From Raja brachyura (Eukaryota): 64,000 bases of DNA. Under the pieces are notes generated by a model, which searched no databases, was not told the origin of the DNA, and saw only the letters and a list, made by a program, of their open reading frames with translations. The translations under genes were made by a program, and so were the position numbers. The DNA is taken from assembly GCA_963514005.1 (NCBI GenBank), contig OY740787.1:65410001-65474000 (forward strand). The letters are read 5' to 3'. Below, piece after piece: positions 12,365 through 25,300 of this stretch. Position 1 is the first letter of the stretch, and each line of letters starts with the position of its first letter.

Positions 12365-12958
12365 TGGATGGAGGGAGTGAGGGAGGAAGTGACTGATGGT
12401 AGGGGAAAGGAGCGGGAGGGAGAGGTGAGGAGGGAAAGTGCGGGGATTGAGGGAGAGGAGGGGGTAGGAAGGGGGAGAGTGGGGGAGGAGGGGCTAAAGG
12501 GGAGCGGTGGGGGAGGTAGGAATAGACGGAGAGGAGGGCAGTGGGGGAGGTCAGGAGGGATAGTGGTGGGTGATAGGGGGAGGTGAGGTGGGGGATAGAG
12601 GGGGATAGGGAGGAGAGAGGAGTTAGGGAGGGAGTGAGTGACAGGGTAGGGGAAAGGAGAGGGATGGAGAGGTGAGGGAGGGATTGAAGGATGGGAGGAG
12701 GAGAGGGGAAAGAAGAGGGAGGGTGAAGAGGAGGGGAGGGAGGCTGAAGAGGAGGGGAGGGAGTGCTGGGGAAATGAGGGGGAATGAGCCATGCCTACGC
12801 AGTTGGGGGCTATGCGTGAGTAGTGGAATATTGGGTTGGAGGACAGGTTTGCTTTTGGGGGAATGGGTGAGTGGTGGAATATTGCATTGGGGAACGGGTT
12901 CCGCTGGGGGACTTGGCCTCCCGTGTCACAGGGACCAAACGGATCCCACTTAGTCTAG
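12365..12958 (+). mobile_element. Putative non-autonomous Helitron 3' portion with GA-rich low-complexity interior
   Basis: Hairpin gggacc-aaac-ggatccc (12931-12947), then acttagt-CTAG and a flanking T; polypurine tract ~12365-12785; 5' end not identified. Confidence 0.5.
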
Positions 12959-14789
12959 TGCTATCCTATAAATTGCACTATGAAGGTAGCTATGAATAAC
13001 TTTAACTACCTATAATGATCACACTTCGAGATTTTACAAAGGAAAACGGTAATTTGTATATCACACTATCCATTTGATTTGCTAAAGTGCTCAGCATGTT
13101 AGGCCAATTTGCATAAACTTAAATGAGATTAAGCTAATATATAAGCATCCAATATGAATTCACAACAAAATGATGTTCTTGACAAGTATGTTAATTTTTT
13201 TGTCAGATTATTCATTAAACAGTGATTGAGTGTTCCCATCAGAGATTCAGTAAATAAATCTTAAACATTTTAATAACATGGTGAGGATTTGCCACATTTG
13301 TAATATAAAATTGATGATATCTTATTCATGATATCAAATCTGAATTAGAAAAATATGATAAAATTGTTATTAAAAATTGTGATTGAAACTAAATGTTATC
13401 AATGTTTTGCCTGCCTTTCAATAAGTGGGATAAAAGGCACGATTGAAATGAATGATCTAAAATTATTTATAGTAACTTGTCTGTTTTAATTTTATCACTG
13501 ATGATTGAGGTGCTTGGTACTGTACCAGCCAAAGCCTTGGTGGAGGGAAATTGCCAACTCCCACTTGCTCCCTTGAATTAAAAAAAATCACTATTGCTGC
13601 CTCTACTGACAGTTTCCAGCTTTATGCTTGTGTCCATGCAAAATAAATTAATGTCACATTTTTTTCTGTTGCTATTACTTTTATATAACTTCAACGAGGA
13701 TGAATGGAATAAAAGTGTAACTTAAAACGTATCCAGAATATAGAGGCTGAGACAATTCATAGTTTCATATATCTCTGTTGTGACAGATCATAGGTCTTCA
13801 ATAATCACACCGTGAAGAAAATGTAATCTTATCATGCTTCATTATCCTCTCTTCTCTGTACATTCAGGTTCATCAATTCAGCTGTAGCTTGACAACCTTG
13901 AGAATGATTCTACTTATCAACAATCACTGGAAGTGCAAAAGCAGAATTGCAGGAACAGCAAATATCATCTATATTTCATGAAAATAATACTCACATTTAA
14001 GTATCGTTCTGAGATGGATGTTGGGACAACAGCAAAAATCGACAGAACTTCACTCACGACAGAATTAAAGGATCAGCAAAATGCCAGCGGTCTCCTGGAG
14101 GGGAAATATCATCACAAATTCCTTGTTTGAGGTATTGAAACACTTATCTCCTGTTTATACATGTTGATGTGGCTAACATTTATAAAGCACCCTAAAGCCC
14201 ATAATCATAATGAAAAATTGGTTAAGAATAACATTCTTTTTGGTCTTGAGATCAAGATTCACTGTACTCCAGCATATTTGCCAAGTTTGCAGTCCTCTTT
14301 TTCACAGACATTATTATAGGAGGATCCTATACATTTTTCAAATGCTGTTATAAATTGAAGTAAATTGAAAGCTGCTCTGACGAAAGTCAGAAATGGGAGA
14401 ATTTCAATTTTCTCTGGTTGACAGAAACTGCAAGACAGCATGATACAGTGTGCTAGTGATATCAAATTAGCTACAAATAGAATTCAATATAGGCATTCAG
14501 CACAGAAACAGGGACTCAACTCGTCCAAACAGACCAAGATGCCCCATCTAAGCTTCCATATTGTGCTTACACCTGCATCCTCTCCTTAGTAATCCTGCAA
14601 CATCTAGCGAAGTTGCAAGTTCCTGGTTTTCTAAAAAGCAAAATAAGAAAATCTATGGTTATGTGAAGGGAACGGATGGGGAAAATGTTAGGTAGATGGC
14701 TGATGGGGCTCTGGGGCATTGAGCAATATCCGAATGGTGACACAGTTAGTAGGATGTAGCATTTAAAGAGATTAATAGATTAAGCGAAA

Positions 14790-15375
14790 GGAACAAGACA
14801 TTGGTGAGGCTGTGCAAGATATTAGTGAGGCTGCATTTGGAGTATTGTGCTCAGTTTTGATCACCTTAGTCACCTTGCTACAGAAGGGATGTTGTTAGAA
14901 TTTTACAAGGATTGTAAAGCGAAGATTTACAAGGATGTTGCCAAGACTTGAGGGTTTGAGATGTAGAGGCAGGTTGGTGAGGCTAGGACTCTGTTCCTTG
15001 GAGCGCAGGAGGATGAGCTGTGATCTTATAGTGGTGTATAAGATTGTGAAGGCAATAGATCGGGTGAAAGGGGAATCCAGAACCAGACGACATAGGTTTA
15101 AGGTGAGAGGGGAAAAATGTAATAGGAACCCGAGGGGGGCAACATTTTCCTCAGAGAGTGGCAGGTAATGGAACAAACTGTAATGCCGGAGGAGGTAGAT
15201 GAGGCGGGTACTACAACAACAACATTTAAAAGACTTTTGGACAGTACATGGATAAGAAAGGTTTGGAGGTATATAGGCCAAACATTGGCAGGTGGGACTG
15301 GTGTACATGGGGCATCTTGTTCAGCATGGGCATTAAGCGAAAGGGCCTATTTCCATGCTCTATCGCTCTATGCCT
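14790..15375 (+). repeat. CR1 LINE 3' fragment, degraded
   Basis: LVR..LEYCAQF, RMLPRLEGL, LGLCSLERRRM, TRRHRFKVRG. Confidence 0.85.
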
Positions 15376-15550
15376 CCACCAAATGTGAGGAGAGAATTTG
15401 GTATATTGATATTCCAAGATTTCAGATCCATTATGGGTCTCAGTCTTGGTAGGGCCTTCTTTGATTGTGTAAGACAGTGTCTCCTCCATGAGGATCAGGT
15501 CATATGATGCAGTGACAAGTGGGATGCCACAAGGCTCATTGCTGGGACTC

Positions 15551-16190
15551 CAAGTCAAGTCAAGTCAAAAGAGTTTATTGTCATGTGTCCCTGACAGGAC
15601 AATGAAAATCTTTCTTTGCATAGCACAACAGAACATAGTAGGCATTGACTACAATTATATACGTAAATACACACATTAATTAATAAATTAATAAAGTGCA
15701 AATGACAGATGGAGGGATATTAATGTTCAGAGTTCCGAGCCAAGTTTAATAGCCTGATGGCTGTGGGGAAGTAGCTATTCCTAAACTGGGTTGTTGCAGT
15801 CTTCAGGCTCCTGTACCTTCTACCTGAAGGTAGCAGGGAGATGAGTGTGTGGCCAGGGTGGTGTGGGTCCTTGATGATGCTGCCAGCTTTTTTGAGGCAG
15901 CGACTGCGATAAATCCCCTCGATGGAAGGAAGGTCAGAGCTGATGATGGACTGGGCAGTGTTTACTACTTTTTGTAGTCTTTTCCTCTCCAGGGCACTCA
16001 AATTGCCGAACCAAGCCACGATGCAACCGGTCAGCAAGCTCTCTACTGTGCACCTATAGAAGTTAGAGAGAGTCCTCCTTGACAGACCAACTCTCCGTAA
16101 TCTTCTCAGGAAGTAGAGGCGCTGATGAGCTTTCTTAATAATTGCATCTGTGTTCTCGGACTAGGAAAGATCTTCACAGATGTGCAGGTC
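15551..16190 (-). mobile_element. Rex1/Babar LINE 3' fragment
   Basis: LTGCIVAWFGN...IIKDPHHPGH...LLPSGRRYRS...FRNSYFPTAIRLLN, AATAAA and (CTTGA)n tail. Confidence 0.88.
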
Positions 16191-16832
16191 CAGACGCTTT
16201 TCGAGGGTTCACCCTCCAGTTATTTGCAATATATATTAATGATTTAGACGAAGGAATTAAATGTAATATCTCCATGTTTGAGGACGACACAAAGTTGGGT
16301 GGCAGTGTGAGCTGTGAGGAGGATGCTATGCGACTGCAGGGTGACTTGGATAGGTTGGGTCAGTGGGCAGATGCATGGCAGATGCAGTAGAATGCGGATA
16401 AATGTGAGGTTATCCACTTCTTGTGGCAAGAACAAGGAGGCAGATTATTATCTGAATAGTGCAGATTAGGAAAAGGGGAGGTACAACGAGACCTGGATGT
16501 GCTTCATCAGTCACTGAAAGTAAGCATGCAATGAAGAAAGCAAATGGCTTGTTGGCCTTCAAAGCGAGATAATTTGAGTATAGGATCAAGGAGATCCTAC
16601 TGCAGTTGTACAGGGCCCTGGTGAGACCACATCTGGAGTATTGTGTGCAGTTTTGGTCTCCTAATTTGAGGAAGGACATTTTTGCTATTGAGGGAGTGCA
16701 GCGTTGGTTCACCAGATTAATTCCCGGGATGGCGGGACTGACATATGATGAAAGAATGGATCGACTGGGCTTATATTCACTGGAATTTAGAAGGATGAGA
16801 GGTGTTGTTGTAGAAACAAATACAATTCTTAA

Positions 16833-17865
16833 GGGTACACAAAAGGCTGGAGAAACTCAGCGGGTGCAGCAGCATCTAAGGAGCGAAGGAGATAGGCGAC
16901 GTTTTGTGTCGAGACCCTTCTTCAGACTGGTTAGGGATCAGGGAAACGAGAGATATAGACGGTGATGTGGAGAGATAAAGAACAATGAATGAAAGATGTG
17001 CAAAAAAGTATCGATGATAAAGGAAACAGGCCATTGTAAGCTGTTTGTAGTGTGAAAATGAGAAGCTAGTGCGACTTGGGTGGGGGAGAGATAGAGAGAG
17101 AGAGGGAATGCCAGGGCCCGAGGGTTGAGGGAGAGGTGGGAAGGGGAGGAGACAGCAAGGGTTAACAGAATTGAGAAAATTCAATGTTCAAGCCCAGAGG
17201 ATGCAGACTCCCCAAGCGGAATATGAGGTGCTGTTCCTCCAACTTGCGGTGTTGCTCACTCTGGCCATGGAGGAGGCCCAGGACCGAGAGGTCGGATACG
17301 GAATGGGAGGGGGAGTTGAAGTGCTGAGCCACCGGGAGGTCGGGTTGGTTATTGCGGACCAAGCGGAGGTGTTCGGCGAAACGATCGCCCAGCCTCCGCT
17401 TGGTCTCACCGATATAGATCAGCTGGCATCTGGAGCAGCGGATGCAGTAGATGAGGTTAGAGGAGGTGCAGGTGAACCTCTGTCGGACCTGGAAAGACTG
17501 CTTGGGTCCCTGAAAGCAGTGGAGGGGAGAGGTGAAGGCACAAGTGTAGCATCTCTTGCGGTTGCAAGGGAAAGTGCCCGGGGAAGGGGTGGAGCGGGAG
17601 GGAAGGGAAGAATTGACAAGGGACAATGGCCTGTTTCCTTTATCATCGATACTGTTTTGCATATCTTTCATTCATTGTTCTTTATCTTTCCACATCACCG
17701 TCTATATCTCTCGTTTCCCTGATCCCTAACCAGTCTGAAGAAGGGTCTTGACCCGAAACGTCGCCTATCTCCTTCGCTCCTTAGATGCTGCTGCACCCGC
17801 TGAGTTTCTCTAGCCTTTTGTGTACCCTCGATTCTCCAGCATCTGCAGTTCCTTCTTTAACTCTT
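16833..17865 (-). mobile_element. Penelope-like element (Neptune), truncated, with inverted pLTR copy
   Basis: GIY-YIG ORF 17162-17620 (-) nearly identical to 7633-8166; pLTR in minus (16833-17160) and plus (17620-17860); TSD tacaattcttaaggg at 16821-16835 and 17866-17880. Confidence 0.93.
17735..17762 (+). ncRNA. Minimal hammerhead ribozyme core in Penelope pLTR
   Basis: CTGAAGA-A-GGGTC-TT-GACCC-GAAACGTC. Confidence 0.65.
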
Positions 17866-18806
17866 TACAATTCTTAAGGGATTGGACAGGCTAGATGCAG
17901 GAAAAATGTTCCCGATGTTGGGGGAACCCAGAACCAGGGGTCACAGTTTAAGAATAAGAGGTAGGCCATTTAAGACTGAGATGAGCTAAAACCTTTTCAC
18001 CCAGAGAGTTGTGAATCTGTGGAATCCTCTGCCACAGAAGGCAGTGGAGGACTATTCACTGGATATATTCAAGAGAGAGTTGGATAGAGCTCTTAGGAAT
18101 CAGGGGATATGTGGCCAAAGCAGGAACGGGGTACTGATTTTGGATGATCAGCCATGATCATATTGAATGGCTCGAAGGGCCGAATGGCCATTTCCTGCTA
18201 TTTTCTATGTCATGCAACCATACCTGTATCCATGATTAGCTACTACTGCGATTATACACCACCACAGCCCTGGAACATGGATAGGTGACATTTCAGGTTG
18301 AGATACTTCTTCAGACTGTGAGCTTTGAAGCTAGGCTAAATAAATGAGGACACCATGGAGCGACGGTGAGATTTAAATCGAATTGAGAGAGACTGTCGGC
18401 AACTGGATTTTAGGGGCATGGTGCATTGAGCAATATCTGAAACCAGTGATATACATGATTGAATGTGACATTTGAGAGTGCATTCACTGACCTCACTGTA
18501 AGTTTTGCAGAACTGCAACCAGAATGTTGGGGTTTGGCAGAAGGCTTTGAATTCCACAGCTTTTTCCTTCCATTATTTTCATAGCTCGTATCTTTTGAGC
18601 CTTTGAGTTTCCGACAGTACAGGATCTATCGCCTGCCTTGCATCTTCTCCACGAAGAGCTACTTTGTAATGTTTATGAAGCTAGGTGGGATTGTAAATCA
18701 TGAGGAGGATGCAATGAGGTTCCACAGTGATTAAGATCAATAGAATGAGTGCAGAAAGGTATAGCAGATGTAGTCACATGTGGATAAATGCGAAGTTATC
18801 CACTGC

Positions 18807-19355
18807 ATAGTCATACAGCATGCAAACAGGCTCTTCGGCCCAACTTGCCCACACCAACCAATATGTCCTATCTACACCTGTCCCACCTGCCAGCGCTTGG
18901 CCCATATCCCTCTAAACCTATCCTATCCAAGTGCCTGGGTAAATGTTTCCTAAACATTGCGATAGTATATACCTCAACTACCTCCTCCGGCAGCTCGTTC
19001 CATGCACCCATCACCCTTTGTGTAAAAAGGTCACTCCTCAGGGACTTATGTCCTCGGGTTCTCGATTTCCCAACTCTGGGGCAAGAAACAGTATTTACCT
19101 GATCTATTCCTCTCATGATTTTGTACGCCTCTATAAGATCACCCCTCATCCTCCTGTGCTCTAAGAAATAGAGTTCTAACCTGCTCAACCTCTCCCTATC
19201 GCTCAGGCCCTTGAGTCCTGGCAACATCCTTGTAAATCATCTCTGCACCCTTTCTACCTTGACACCATCTTTCCTATAACATGGTGCCCAAAACTAAACA
19301 CAATACTCCAAATATGGCCTCACCAACACCTTCTATAACTGCAACATGACTTTCC
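18807..19355 (-). repeat. CR1 LINE 3' fragment
   Basis: MLPGLKGLSDRERLSRLELYFLEHRRMRGDLIEAYKIM...FTQRVMGAWNELPEEVV. Confidence 0.88.
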
Positions 19356-22254
19356 AATTTTAATTAATGGGGACAGATTGGGAAATGATGTTCAAAGGGA
19401 ACTGAGTGTACTGTAAAGCAATCATCCGGGTGGAGCAAGTACACATAGAGTAATACAACAGGCCCTTCGACCCAACTAGTCCATGATGATCAAAGTTTGC
19501 CTATAAATGGCCCACGTCCCTGTCAACCTTTCCTATACATCCCATTCATCCAAATGTGTTGTAAATGTTATTGTATTTGCCTCAACTACTTCGTCTGGCA
19601 GCTGGTTCCATATACCCAGCACCTTCTATGTGAAAACGTTGCTCTTCAGTTTCTTATTTAATCTTTCCCTCTCACCTTATATGCCTAAAGCCAAGGCCTT
19701 ATCAAGCTTAAAACGTACTTAGAGACTGCAACTCAAAGCTCCAGACACCCAATTCCAGGGGTAACATATTTCCTGTGACTGCTTCGTCAAAATCCAGAAG
19801 AAATCAGTACATTTCGAAGACTTGTGTTTGAAATAAGTTTTGTGTTCTTGTTTTAATCCACAGTCTATGGACAGGAAAATTACTGTGGAATCCAGGTCAT
19901 TGCTATTATCTGAGGAAGATTCTTTTCAGTACTATGAAGTGACACTAATTAGTAATGATGGAGTAATAACAGAATCTTGGATGCCTGGCTCTGTAATAAA
20001 ACGTTCATTGTATTGAAATACAGTGTCTGTTTTATCCCAGCGCACTAATATTCCCTCCAATTGTGGGTCTGAAGACAAATGAGTCATAATCTTTTGAACA
20101 AGTCTTCACTGCACTCCAAAGTGTTTACAAAAGTACACTTAAAAAGACAAATTTAGGGTCAGAATTAAACATCTAATTAATTATTTTGTAAAGACACAAC
20201 TTTGCACAATTGTTTAATACCTATACATAAAGGTTTCCAGCAAAATTGATAATTACCTAAGAGTTCAAGAGACATTTACTATCACATGCACCACTTGGTA
20301 CAGTGAGATATGAATTGCCAGACAGCCATACGAATAAAAAGAACACAACACACAATAGGATTTGACATGAACATCCCCACACAGCAGAATCAATGTTTCC
20401 CACTGTGAGGGAAGGCAATAAAGTTTAGTCATCTTCAGATGCATTCACATGAAGTGAAATTGCTGACAGTCATAAAACATAGAAAGCTGCAGCACAGGCC
20501 CTTGGGCCCATAATATCTGTGCTGAACGTTATGCCAAGATAAACTAACCTCATCTGCCACATGTTCTTCCAAGCCCTGCATATCCATGTGTTTATCTTTC
20601 ATACTGCTTTATATTGCAGCAATTGAACTAGTGTAAATAGATTGAATTAATGGAGCATACGACTAAAATTATTCTGAAAGTTGAAGGAATGTTCCTTTGC
20701 AACCTGCAAGGAGGAAGTCATCTAAGGATTAGAGTCTGTCCGAGAGAATGGATTGGACATCATGGATTGAGGTAAATGGACAAACCTCGGAGAACTAGAA
20801 TGGACAACAAAAGGAATCTTTGAAAGTTTCCACTGTTGCTTATATTCTGGCATAATTACAGAAAAGCTTAAATAAATATGAGATTCCAAAGGAAGAAGTA
20901 TCCATAAATAGGTCAAAAGCAGCTACGAGAAAATGGAAATAAAAAGCATTCTTTAGGGGTTATTTTCCAATGATCGTGATCATGACAGTTTTAATAGTAG
21001 TGAAGTACCGAATAAGGCCATCCTGATCCGTTGTCTGCGAATTGTAAAATGTAATAATAAGACATGACGAGAAGCTTGACTAAAGAATATGGAGTTCAAG
21101 AATTGTGTAGCTAATATGTAAACTATACAGGCACAGTTGTTTCTCTATTTATGACAAGAACTTTTGATTTGTTGTGATTTCAGGATATGGTGCAGAATTA
21201 GTCAAGTAGAAAGGGTTCAAAGAAGAGATGAGTTGGAGAATAAGTTGCGGAAGAAGCCTTTGTGTGCAGTCACTGCCGGTGCATGGATTGTCTATTTATT
21301 GTTAAATCTTTCCAAGTAATCATGGATTGCCTACGGTCTCAAATAAATCTGAATACCTGTGTGGGGAGGTAATGTTAACTAATGTCCAAACCACCATGAG
21401 ACACCAACAAGGGCAGAACTGAAAGGTCACATGGGATTCAAAGTACCACTGGTATTTTCAGCCACTTGAGCCAATGAAATCAGGTGGGCACAGTTAAAGA
21501 GCATATTAGGAACTGAGGCTTTTCTTTAAGGGTTGAGATTGAGGGATAAAACTAAGCAGAGGCAAAAGGAGATTAAAATGTAGGACAGACTGAAAGCATC
21601 TGAAGCATTCCTATATCTGAAAGGTTCCAAGGTCGAAGGGCAGTGAACTACTTCTCAATAATCCCCCTTGTTTAAACTCCTGATCTTTTGCACTGATTAC
21701 TGAAAATCAAAAAATTACAAATGCTTGAAATGTGAAAAAAACATAGAAAATGCCAAAAATATAGACGGGCGACATCTGTGGAAGGAAAAGCAGAGTTACC
21801 ATTTCAGGTCCACAGAGGGGAGCAGTCTGAAGAGGGGACACAACCCGAAACGTCACCTTTCCATTGTCTCCACTGATGGTGCCTGACCCTGCTGAGTTCC
21901 TCCAGCACTTTGTGTTTTGATCAGGTCCACAAATGCTGCCTGTTTTACTGAGTGCTTCCAGAGTTTTCTGTTTTACTACTGGTTGCTACACGTTTTGTCC
22001 TATCCAACAATTGTTCCAGTGATAAGATTGCAGAACTGGTCATGTGTGTAGTTTGGGAAATTGATGTGGAATGATAGTTTGTTACAATGTAAATGGCACA
22101 GAATATCAGGCACTACAGTAGAAGGGAAAGTGGGATTTATAGAAGGGAAAGTACAATGTGGGAAGCAAATGATATTCACCAAGTCCCTCTCAATGCCATT
22201 GTGTAAAGTGAAAGACATTTTGGAGCAATCAGCTGTGACTTATACTGATGTTAT

Positions 22255-23310
22255 TTATAATAATAATAATACATTTTATTTATAGGGCACCTTTCAGGAC
22301 TCTCAAGGACACCTTACAATGAACACAAGCATGAAACAAAAACAACATATACAGCAACAATACACAATTTGGAGAGAGAGTAGCGGCAGCCAATCGCGCC
22401 AGCGTTCACTCTCACCTCCAGCAGCCATGTTATCTGAGCCATCTGCAGCACACCAATAAATATAAAAAACAACAGTAAAGAATTTAACATAAAACATAAA
22501 AACATCCCCCCACAATGGTTCCCACTTTGAGGGAAGATAACAAAGTCCAGTCCTCTCCATCCTCTCCGGGCCTGTTGAACATCCCCCCACAATGGTTCCC
22601 ACTGTGGGGGAAGGCACAAAGTCCAGTCCCCATCCCCATGTCCACCCAAAGTAGTCGGGCCTATTGAGGCCTCCACAATCGCCACTACGGAGGTCCGATG
22701 TTCCCGGCTGTTCTCACCGGGTGATGGTACTCCGGCGTCAGTAGACCCTCTCAGCGGCTTGGGGCGCCAGCAACAGCCGCCTCCTTACCGGAGGCCGAGG
22801 CTTCCAAGCCAACAGGCTGTGCTGGACGGAGCTCCACACACTGGCGATCTCGGCGAGAGATCCCAGGCTCCGCAAATGTAAAGTTCAGCGCTGCTGGCCA
22901 CTCCACAGACATGGAGCAGCTCCGCGATGTTTTTATCGGCGGTCGCAGCATTCCAGCGTGGAGTTCCAGCGCGGCGACCCAGGCAAGGCATCGCCCGCTC
23001 CGCTCCGCGATAGCGCTCCATCATGCACCGCCTCCGAAGCCGAGGTTCTGGCCAGGTCTCCTCAGGAAAACGTCGCTCCAGACCCCGCTGGTAGGCCGCG
23101 AGGATGGGTCGAAGTTGCTGCTCGAGGAAAGCCGCCTCTCCGACCAGGTAGGGACTTGAGAAAGCAGTTTCCCCTTCCCCCCCACCAACCCCCACACATA
23201 AAAAGATTAGACCCCCAACTAACACTTTTAACATACTAAAAATAAAGAAAAGAAGTGAAAAAAAACGGACAGCTGCAGGACTGGCAGCCGTACAGGACAG
23301 CACCCCCAGT
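22255..23310 (-). mobile_element. GC-rich non-coding retroposon, probably a non-autonomous LINE derivative, with (TTA)n tail
   Basis: AATAAA + (TTA)n tail; same architecture as 26388-27037 (GC head, T-rich tract, G-run-aaact, GC-rich body, 3' stem-loop). Confidence 0.55.
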
Positions 23311-23478
23311 AAAGTGGAAAAAAATCATGTCATAATTATCATCATAAACACAACCATTACAGTATATTGTACAGTCCACTAAAATGCAGCTCACCAGATG
23401 CTGAGTATAAGTTTCTGCTTTGCCATTATTTTTCCAAAAATGTACAGATCCATCCCACACACATTTAATATACCCTGC

Positions 23479-23690
23479 GGGGGTTACACAAAAAGCTGGA
23501 GAAACTCAGCGGGTGCAGCAGCATCTAAGGAGTGAAGGAGATAGGCGACGTTTCGGGTCGAGACCCTTTGGTCTCGACCCGAAACGTCGCCTATCTCCTT
23601 CACTCCTTAGATGCTGCTGCACCCGCTGAGTTTCTCCAGCTTTTTGTGTAACCCTCGATTCTCCAGCATCTGCAGTTCCTTCTTTAACAC
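23479..23690. mobile_element. Penelope pLTR-only insertion forming a perfect 85-bp hairpin
   Basis: Arms 23481-23565 and 23570-23654 are exact reverse complements with a 4-nt loop; 14-bp TSD ttaatataccctgc at 23465-23478 and 23691-23704. Confidence 0.9.
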
Positions 23691-25009
23691 TTAATATACC
23701 CTGCTATTTGTTTTTACAGACAATGTAGAAAACTCACAGCTTTGGCAGCTGATTCACTACTCCATTGTCAAAACCAAAGGTCAGAACTGTATACGGTTTC
23801 TTGTTAAGTGCTAAGCCATTAACATTTCAGGATTTACCAGCTATTAAATGGCGGTATCAGTTAAGTCATTTCCAACTTGTCGTTTCCTTCCTTAACGACG
23901 TACTAAAGGTCCCAGCTAACTGTAAAATGCTATCTATTCCACTTCTTATTTAAGACATTTGTACGTTGAAAGGAATGCCTTCAAATTAAAGATTTTTACT
24001 TCAATGTTCCTCTCAGAAGGGGAATGTTAAACTCTCATTAATTAATTAACTACATTGTTCAATCCCTTATCTGTGCTGAGTTAACTAATTCTAAATGTAA
24101 TAGTGATAGGACACTATAATTGGTGTCAATGCTCCAAGGTTGAAATGGAAAGTAGAGGAGAGGAAAGACATTATTGCAGGTTTTAAGTTAATCTTTATCA
24201 CTCAGTGACCCCTGCTGGAAGGTGATAATCCATGTGTGTTGGAGGAGAACGGAATTAGGCTGAACTGCAATGTTGAACGATTAATAAAATCTATCAAGGT
24301 TCTCGGATCACATTGGATGGCTTTTGGCACCTGAAGAATTGTCGGTGTATTTAACGACATAGCATTCTAATGTTTGTGAGCCAAATTCATTCACCCATAG
24401 AGATCCAGAGAACTAATGCAGACACATGTTGCCCATAATTTATGCAAAATTAATACACGGAGAACTCGTAGCTTGAAATAATTGTGCATAACTGTTTTGA
24501 AATAGATCAGCAAAAGAAATACCCTCTGAATGTGTAATTACAGTAGCTCTCTCTATTTATAGAGATCATTATTTTTTTTTAAATGAATGCGCCCAATTCA
24601 AAATATTTCATTAGGACATGTCAAGAAAGGATTGATTTTTTTAAAGTGTTACTTGTCCTTCATTGAAAGTTATTCATTCCACTATGTTCCTGAAATGTAG
24701 AGTTGTATGTTGAAAGAATTTGAATGTAGCCAAATGCAGACCACATTTACAACTGTGCTCTATTTTCAACCTCTTTTTTAAAAAAAAAGACCTTGAGGTC
24801 ATAGACTCGTAGATTGATCCAGCACAGTAACAGGCCCAGGGACCCAATAAATCTGCTCTGACCAACAAGCGTATATTTATATCACTCACTCTCATCCCAT
24901 TTTATCCTCACCATATTCTATCAACTCCCTCTGATGTTCTACCACTCACCTAATAACGCTCTCTATAAATAGTCAGTATTTTCCCCACCACTGATGGATT
25001 ATCTCTATT

Positions 25010-25300
25010 TAGGTTAGTTTAGTTTAGCGTGGAAACAGCCCATTTTGCCCACCGACTCCACGTCGACCAGCAATCACCCCTACACTCATTCTATCCTACA
25101 TTAGGGACAATTTACAGAAGCCAGTTAAGCTACAACCCTACACATCTTTGGGATGTGGAAGGAAACCGAAGCACCCAGGGGAAACCCATGTAGTCACAGG
25201 GGGAGTGTGCTGCAAATTCCATACAAACAGCATCTCCAGTCAGGGTCAAACCTGGTTCTCTGGCGCTGTAAGGCAGCAACATTACCGGTGCGCCAGTGCT
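25010..25300 (-). repeat. HE1-like SINE
   Basis: (TAAAC)n tail, V-like core and tRNA-like head in reverse. Confidence 0.75.

Larger units (their letters stand above)
15505..18210 (+). repeat. CR1 LINE RT/3' fragment interrupted by Rex1 (15551-16190) and Penelope (16833-17865) insertions
   Basis: VTSGMPQGSLLG continues as LFAIYINDLDEG...FEDDTK...YRALVRPHLEYCVQFWSP, and resumes after 17866 through to the 3' tail. Confidence 0.88.

Noticed and set aside
12277-12953. Pro/Ser-rich and Gly/Glu-rich ORFs
   Set aside because: Artefacts of a low-complexity polypurine tract.
19864-20016. Acceptor-like site followed by ~50 open codons on the plus strand
   Set aside because: No recognisable protein and no partner exons; expected by chance.
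22751-23303. Overlapping GC-rich ORFs of up to 172 aa
   Set aside because: Stop-poor GC-rich repeat interior with no domain motifs.
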